This document shows positions 58,509 to 64,000 of a DNA stretch of 64,000 nt, one piece after another. The translations under genes were made by a program, and so were the position numbers. Source of the stretch: an uncultured virus (IMG/VR IMGVR_UViG_3300030012_002620) (taxonomy: Duplodnaviria > Heunggongvirae > Uroviricota > Caudoviricetes > Crassvirales); the IMG/VR virus record IMGVR_UViG_3300030012_002620, one strand, 5' to 3'. Positions within the stretch are counted from its first letter, which is position 1. Every line of letters begins with the position of its first letter. The notes beneath the pieces were generated by a model, which did not search any database, was not told the origin of the DNA, and worked only from the letters and a program-made list of their open reading frames with translations.

Positions 58509-59247
58509 CGTCTTCGTATTTTTTTACTGCTTTCTTTAAAATACTATAATCTCTAATTGATGTTATTTGTTTGAGCTGTCTCATTTTAAGTCTATTACCA
58601 CCTTCTGTCAATTCATCTATAGCTTCAATAGCTTTGGATATTAGGTTGGTTTCTTTTATAATTTCGTTGAGGTCTTTAATTTTTTGGGTTACTCTTTCAT
58701 CAAAATACCACTTAACCATGTATCTTGATGTTCTTGCCACCTCAGCGACTTTACTTATAGTAATTTTAATATTATCCTGCCATAGCTCTTGTACTATGTT
58801 GTCCAGGTATTGTTTTGCTGGTCTTTGTTTGCTACTTATTAGGTTTCCGACTATTTTCATTTTTTCCTTTCTATCTATCCTTTTGGACGGATTGAATATC
58901 ACTTTTCTTTTTCTTGCACAATAAGGAACTTTATTTTGCTCTGATACCACTAATACCATATTTTCAACTCTAGTTTGACCATAGGTTCTTATAATATGCC
59001 CATTACTTCTATCTGATAAATCTAAAAATAGTTTTATCATCAGTGGTATATCAAAGTCTGGGTTAAGGTATATAAACTTTTCAGCTATATATTGCAGCTC
59101 TTTAAACGAATTTATCTTTCGCGTAGTTCTGTATAGCCTGTAATAATTAACACCTTTTGGAAAAAACAAGTAGTCTTTACCGTCAAAACGGAAATAAGAC
59201 TCCATGATAATCCTGTGTTTGTTATAATCAAATAACGGAATTAACAT
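58501..59247 (-). CDS. Hypothetical protein with C-terminal HTH-like segment
   Basis: KITISKVAEVARTSRYMVKWYF. Confidence 0.55.
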   Translation of the reverse strand: MLIPLFDYNKHRIIMESYFRFDGKDYLFFPKGVNYYRLYRTTRKINSFKELQYIAEKFIYLNPDFDIPLMIKLFLDLSDRSNGHIIRTYGQTRVENMVLVVSEQNKVPYCARKRKVIFNPSKRIDRKEKMKIVGNLISSKQRPAKQYLDNIVQELWQDNIKITISKVAEVARTSRYMVKWYFDERVTQKIKDLNEIIKETNLISKAIEAIDELTEGGNRLKMRQLKQITSIRDYSILKKAVKKYEDAI

Positions 59248-59506
59248 CTTTCATGGTTACTACAACGTCTTGTTCTCGTATAGCTTTATATTTCTCCCCT
59301 TTTACTCTCAGGTCAGAACCAGCAACCTTATCGAAATAAACAAAACTTCCTGGCTCTACTTCTTTAACCAAGTCGCCTACAGTTATTACTTCACCTATTA
59401 TATATCTGATGTTTAAATCTGATTGTTCTGTAATAATAAGTCCTAATTCATTCTTTTGAACGACCTCGTCGTCTTTAACAATTATAAAATTTCCTACTGC
59501 TTTCAT
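59228..59506 (-). CDS. groES: Co-chaperonin GroES
   Basis: NELGLII..GEVITVGD.VKEVEPG..VYF..GEKYKAIREQDVV. Confidence 0.85.
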   Translation of the reverse strand: MKAVGNFIIVKDDEVVQKNELGLIITEQSDLNIRYIIGEVITVGDLVKEVEPGSFVYFDKVAGSDLRVKGEKYKAIREQDVVVTMKDVNSVI

Positions 59507-59718
59507 TGAGTTTGTGGTAATTTCGGTGCCCTTTTATAATTTATATTGGGCTTTTTATCATCATCAACATTCCACTTTGTAATTACCTGTCCTTCCAAGT
59601 CTATTACAGTATAGCCTTGTCTAGCTAGAAGCTTTATAGCTCCGTTTACTTGTTTTGCTTGCTCCCTAAAATGAGTAAAAATTTGATTCTCAAAAGGGTG
59701 GTGATCGTGTTTTGCCAT
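59503..59718 (-). CDS. Hypothetical protein between groEL and groES
   Basis: 71 aa ORF, ATGA-coupled to groES. Confidence 0.65.
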   Translation of the reverse strand: MAKHDHHPFENQIFTHFREQAKQVNGAIKLLARQGYTVIDLEGQVITKWNVDDDKKPNINYKRAPKLPQTQ

Positions 59719-59721
59719 AAT

Positions 59722-61329
59722 TTAATTTTTATTTATTTCTTCTTTTTTTATTCTTTTATTTGATACAACGCAAGATGTAGTTAAAATTACACCAGCAACA
59801 GAGGCAGCATTCAAAACTGCGTTCTTTGTTACTTTAAATGGATCAATAATTCCAGCTTTATACATATCGCTGAATTTTTTGTTTTTTACATCATACCCAT
59901 AGTTCAATCTACCTGCCATACAAATTTTATAAACAGGCTCTGAGCTTTCTCCTGAATTTTCAACTATCTTCCTGAATACATCAGAAAGCGCATCAAATAC
60001 TATATTATAGCCTACCTTGAAAGAATCGGAAGAGCTTCGAGGGGCTTTTTTGCGATTTTTTTTCTTGGTGGCGTTTAATAGAGCTGCTCCTCCACCAGCA
60101 ACTATACCTTCTTCTAAGGCTGCTTTAGTTGCATGGATGGAATCATCTACCCTATCTTTCTTTTCTTTAAGTTCTACATCAGAGTTACCTGCTAATTTTA
60201 TAGTAGCTACACCTCCAGCTAGTTTTGATAATCTATCTTTCAGATGCCACTTATCAGATTTATTCTTTGTAAGCTTAATTTCATTGGTTAGCCATTCTAT
60301 TGTTTCTAGCTTTTTTGGGTTTTCTTCTCCTTCGAACACCAAAATTGTCTCATTTATGTCTGAAATCATGGTTTTACACGTTCCAAGGTAGCTAGAATCT
60401 ATATTTTGTGCTGAATCACCAGATAATTCTGAAATTATACGAGCTCCTGTCATCAAACACAGGTCTTCAAGTAATTCAAACCTCTTAATTCCTATTCCTT
60501 CTGGTGTAATAAAGTTTGCAGTTAAGTTTTTCTTGTTAATATTCTGTGTAATGAACAATTTTACCCTATCATCAAGCTCAGAAATGATTAAAAGTGGTCT
60601 TTTTTGCTTAATTGACTGTTCAAAAGCAAAATGTAGTCTTTCGTGCATGTCAATTTTAGTGTCACTTATAACAATTAGAGGATTTTGAAACTCAACTGTA
60701 CGTTTTCTAAGATTATTGACGGAAAAAGGAGTGCCATACCCTCTTTTTATACGTGTTCCATTAGTTATTTCGGTATAATCCTCGTTTGTGGAGGACTCAT
60801 CCATAGTAACTACCCCATCTTTACCTACTTTATTGTAAGCGTCTGCTATCATATTACCTAAATACGTGTCTCCATTTGCTGAAATCGTCGCTACTTCTAC
60901 TAGACTAGCTTCGGTGACGTCTTTTTTGTTTTTTTCCAAAATTGACACCACATCTTTTGCAGCTTGTTCTATACCTTCTTTAGCTTGAGTAACATTATCT
61001 ATTGTTTCAACTTGGTCAAAACACCTATCTATGATCGCTTTTGCTAAAACACACGACGTAGTTGTACCATCTCCAGCTTCTGTCGCTGTTTTTTGAGAGG
61101 CCTGACGTAAAATACTAACCCCTAAGTTTTCTACAGGGTCTGATAATACTATACTGTTTGCAACAGTTACTCCATCTTTAGTTACATGGGGGGTTCCAAA
61201 TTGGTCTTCGATAATTACTGTTCTACCAGAAGCTCCAAGAGTGGAGGCCACAGCTTCAGCTAATATATCAATACCTTTTTTTAGGTTATACCTACCTTCA
61301 GAACCGAAGGATATGTTCTTTTCTATCAT
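59722..61329 (-). CDS. groEL: Chaperonin GroEL
   Basis: VTKDGVTVA, AGDGTTT, ATISANGD, EEGIVAGGG, GIIDP.KV motifs. Confidence 0.96.
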   Translation of the reverse strand: MIEKNISFGSEGRYNLKKGIDILAEAVASTLGASGRTVIIEDQFGTPHVTKDGVTVANSIVLSDPVENLGVSILRQASQKTATEAGDGTTTSCVLAKAIIDRCFDQVETIDNVTQAKEGIEQAAKDVVSILEKNKKDVTEASLVEVATISANGDTYLGNMIADAYNKVGKDGVVTMDESSTNEDYTEITNGTRIKRGYGTPFSVNNLRKRTVEFQNPLIVISDTKIDMHERLHFAFEQSIKQKRPLLIISELDDRVKLFITQNINKKNLTANFITPEGIGIKRFELLEDLCLMTGARIISELSGDSAQNIDSSYLGTCKTMISDINETILVFEGEENPKKLETIEWLTNEIKLTKNKSDKWHLKDRLSKLAGGVATIKLAGNSDVELKEKKDRVDDSIHATKAALEEGIVAGGGAALLNATKKKNRKKAPRSSSDSFKVGYNIVFDALSDVFRKIVENSGESSEPVYKICMAGRLNYGYDVKNKKFSDMYKAGIIDPFKVTKNAVLNAASVAGVILTTSCVVSNKRIKKEEINKN

Positions 61330-61488
61330 AAAAAATCAATTTAATTATATTTTTCTTTTTATTCTTTTTAATATATCTATATATAGAATATATTTATGTT
61401 TGTCGTTTTTTTACACAACAGAAGACTATGTTCCAAAAAAGCGCTGTAAGTGTCTTATAATCAGTCATTTGTGTTTGACACCTGTTTG

Positions 61489-61635
61489 TCACTTGCTTGT
61501 CGCGTCATCTTGTCCAGTTTTTGTTGGAGTAATTGTATATATAATCTTGGTGCGTTCTCCAATTTCATACGAACAATTTCTCGCATCAGGGCTAAACTCA
61601 ACTTGTCCATAGCTATCTGTTGTATAGTTAAACAT
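61489..61635 (-). CDS. 48-aa hypothetical protein
   Basis: MFNYTTDSYGQVEF...; TATATTTG at 61640-61647 just upstream. Confidence 0.4.
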   Translation of the reverse strand: MFNYTTDSYGQVEFSPDARNCSYEIGERTKIIYTITPTKTGQDDATSK

Positions 61636-62232
61636 ACTACAAATATAAGGAAAAAGATTTAATGTGGCGGATTCCTGTAAATAGTTATACACTAATTATA
61701 TTAGTTAGATCTATTTTACTTTTTAGGCCACCAGATATACGTAGCATTTGGGCAATACATTATTTTACACACACTACCTTTTATACAAAGTCATTTTATT
61801 TTACCCCACCCCCTTTTGCTAACTTATTTACATTTTCTAATTTTTTAGCTTTTTTACTAGCTCATTTTCAGATTCTCAAATCTCATGTAAGCGGACTCGG
61901 GGTCAAGCCCCTCGAGGTTTTATGTTTTCTTTCAGATTCACAATCATTCGATAGCCACCCCTATCCCCTTGTTATTATCAAACAAACTATCACCGTTGGG
62001 CTCGCGTCTTCTTGGAATATGGTCAACGTGTCAATGTCAACACAACTGTTAACCGTTCATTTGTATTCCGTTCTTTCATATATTTTTTCTCTTAAACAAT
62101 TCAAAACTAAATAATATTCATTCTTCCTCAAAAGCATTTAGTTCAGAAAATCGTAGATTTTCAGACATTCCTTTTGTTCCAGTATGAATTTTATTTATCC
62201 ACCACGATATGTTTAATTTAAAAAATAATTAT

Positions 62233-62859
62233 ATGAAAACTTCTTACAAATCGGTTCCAGTTGTTTGTTCAATCATTGGTACCAAAACTCGTAAATCTAT
62301 GTACATCTACAATGTTAAATCATTAAATGGAGATACTGTCTATCAAGATAGATATGTACCTGTCAAATGGGGTAACAACGTAACTATTGAATGGGAACGC
62401 ACTACTGATGAGTTCGTTCAGTTTCCACTATCAATGGCTCGTCCAATTATGATAATTCCAAAGTTCAATGAAATTGGTGTATCTAACATATCACAATCAC
62501 GTGTCAATGGTAAAGTTCAATCTTACTACGAGATGACTGATAGATACATTGTCTACATACCTATGTGGTTATTTCTTCCACAAAAAGATGACAATGGTAA
62601 CAACAAACCAAATACTGGTTTCAAAACTAAATACACTAAAGTATTACCTAAAGCAGATGATGATTTATTTATCAATGATGATTCACCTTATACAATTGCA
62701 GAAGATATTGCTTACAAATCAGAGCAAGATTTAGCATTTGATTACAGACCATCTGCTGATAAAATGTTATCTGGTTTAGAATTCGAAAATGATTCTCTAG
62801 CCCAATGGGAAATCGAGAATCCAGAATATGCTAATGACGATAACTTACTGTTTAATTAA
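62233..62859 (+). CDS. Hypothetical early protein
   Basis: First ORF of the rightward unit; ATG 62233 preceded by an A-rich leader. Confidence 0.7.
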   Translation: MKTSYKSVPVVCSIIGTKTRKSMYIYNVKSLNGDTVYQDRYVPVKWGNNVTIEWERTTDEFVQFPLSMARPIMIIPKFNEIGVSNISQSRVNGKVQSYYEMTDRYIVYIPMWLFLPQKDDNGNNKPNTGFKTKYTKVLPKADDDLFINDDSPYTIAEDIAYKSEQDLAFDYRPSADKMLSGLEFENDSLAQWEIENPEYANDDNLLFN

Positions 62860-62991
62860 TTCAACCCTTCGGGTTTATTATTTTATGAATCTTTTGATTC
62901 TTTACAAAAAACTATCGAGTAACAAACAGCTTGGGTTTTGATAGTTTCCCAAGTTTAACCAACCACAGTAGTGGTTCTAAATTTTATTATT

Positions 62992-63297
62992 ATGAGTAAA
63001 TCATTACAGTCGCCAGTAAGCGTGACATTCAAAATCAAAATGGAAACCGATAAGGCTTTCATAGTAGAAGACTTGCAAATCAACAGCAAGCCATACATCT
63101 CAAGTACTAACCTACCTAAGATGTACGTCGACAATGCTAAGACTAACAAGGATGACGTTACATCAGCTTCCGTTGAGTCTTGGATTATCGAACAGAGATA
63201 CGATGAATTGTATTCTGAAGACGCTAAAATCAATGCTCAAAAATTACTGAGCAAAAAGTTTAGTACTGCCGAGGTCGAACAAATGCCTTGGGATTAG
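62992..63297 (+). CDS. Hypothetical early protein
   Basis: MSKSLQ...QMPWD; ATG after an AT-rich leader. Confidence 0.7.
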   Translation: MSKSLQSPVSVTFKIKMETDKAFIVEDLQINSKPYISSTNLPKMYVDNAKTNKDDVTSASVESWIIEQRYDELYSEDAKINAQKLLSKKFSTAEVEQMPWD

Positions 63298-63377
63298 TTA
63301 ACAAATACGAGTTGAATCTGACTAAGTTTCGTAATTGTAGCAGCGCGTCGCTACTCCTCGTTTTTATTTTCACAATC

Positions 63378-63551
63378 ATGACAATGTCAAAATACATAAT
63401 CAAAAATATGGTTGATAGTCTAACAATGACAAAAGACGACAACGCTGAATCTCTAGCAAAGCTAGACAAGTTCGATGAACAAGTAAGAGTTGTAAGAAGG
63501 TTTCTTATAAATCAGCGTAAGTTTTATATCAACCGATCACAGGATGATTAG
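63378..63551 (+). CDS. Small hypothetical early protein
   Basis: ATG at 63378 or 63384. Confidence 0.5.
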   Translation: MTMSKYIIKNMVDSLTMTKDDNAESLAKLDKFDEQVRVVRRFLINQRKFYINRSQDD

Positions 63552-63578
63552 GGACAATGTGCCGATGTCATCCTACTT

Positions 63579-63650
63579 GGCCCTTTCGTCTAATGGTTAG
63601 GACGTTACCCTTTCACGGTAAAAATAGTGGTTCGATTCCACTAGGGGCTA
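63579..63650 (+). tRNA. trnE: tRNA-Glu (TTC)
   Basis: Acceptor GGCCCTT/AGGGGCT, D arm GTCTAATGGTTAGGAC, anticodon arm TTACC-CTTTCAC-GGTAA, T arm AGTGG-TTCGATT-CCACT; CCA not encoded. Confidence 0.93.
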
Positions 63651-63798
63651 CAATGCGTAATCACCTTGAGTTCAATTACGTATAGTCAATAATTTAGGCA
63701 ACACCAATTAAGAACGTTGTTGATTGGAAAAGGTCAGATTGAGGGTATCAGTTGCCTTTATTATTGCATTTAACTAACAAATTGTTTATATTTATATT

Positions 63799-64000
63799 AT
63801 GAAAACTAAAACTCTACCAACAGGTATCGTTACTACTCAACGCAAAGTAGGTAAAAAAATTATTATTGACGTCAAACGTCCAACAAAATCAAAGACTGTA
63901 ACACGCTTACAAAAACTAGTGGTTGGTTTTTTGTTTAGTTTGGCTTATCTCGGAATATGTGGTGCGATGTATTTCACCTACATGGACCTCTTTTCAAGAG
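63799..64000 (+). CDS. 3'-truncated membrane protein
   Basis: MKTKTLPTGIV...LVVGFLFSLAYLGICGAMYF, running off the window. Confidence 0.6.
   Translation, partial: MKTKTLPTGIVTTQRKVGKKIIIDVKRPTKSKTVTRLQKLVVGFLFSLAYLGICGAMYFTYMDLFSR

Noticed and set aside
61662..62114. 150-aa + strand ORF
   Set aside because: F/L/S-rich translation of a T-rich tract with no coding-like composition.
62195..62203. DnaA-box-like TTATCCACC
   Set aside because: Single mismatched copy with no cluster; expected by chance.
1..64000. Stop-codon reassignment
   Set aside because: Long genes are intact under the standard code, all three stop codons end genes, and the tRNA is not a suppressor.

Overview
This window is most of the genome of an AT-rich, tailed dsDNA phage of Bacteroidota (probably marine Flavobacteriia). 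The host call rests on recurrent TAnnTTTG promoters, the absence of obvious Shine-Dalgarno motifs, and a gene set resembling Cellulophaga phi38:1-like podoviruses. All assignments are from motif recognition, not database search. Layout: (i) the end of a C-skewed early region (1-2.6 kb), which probably continues from 62.2-64 kb; (ii) a + strand recombination/replication module at 3.1-11.9 kb (SSAP, RecE-like exonuclease, SSB, DnaA-domain-IV protein, initiator, primase-helicase, MazG-like, metallophosphoesterase, endonuclease; no DNA polymerase seen); (iii) a - strand arm at 11.9-61.6 kb with GroEL/GroES, an array of tiny basic proteins, lysis genes, tail fibres, TerS/TerL, portal, scaffold, capsid, tail and internal virion proteins; (iv) a gene-poor divergence region, possibly the genome end, then early genes and a tRNA-Glu. 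Strongest novel candidates: a 167-codon lipoprotein-like ORF overprinted in the +1 frame of terL, with a visible stop-avoiding codon shift; a polarised ATGCGACA repeat cluster at a GC-skew switch (candidate origin); a kissing-loop RNA leader on the SSB gene; a promoter- and terminator-bounded sRNA; and a microprotein array that includes a 13-aa CxxxCxxCxxC peptide and a poly-lysine peptide.
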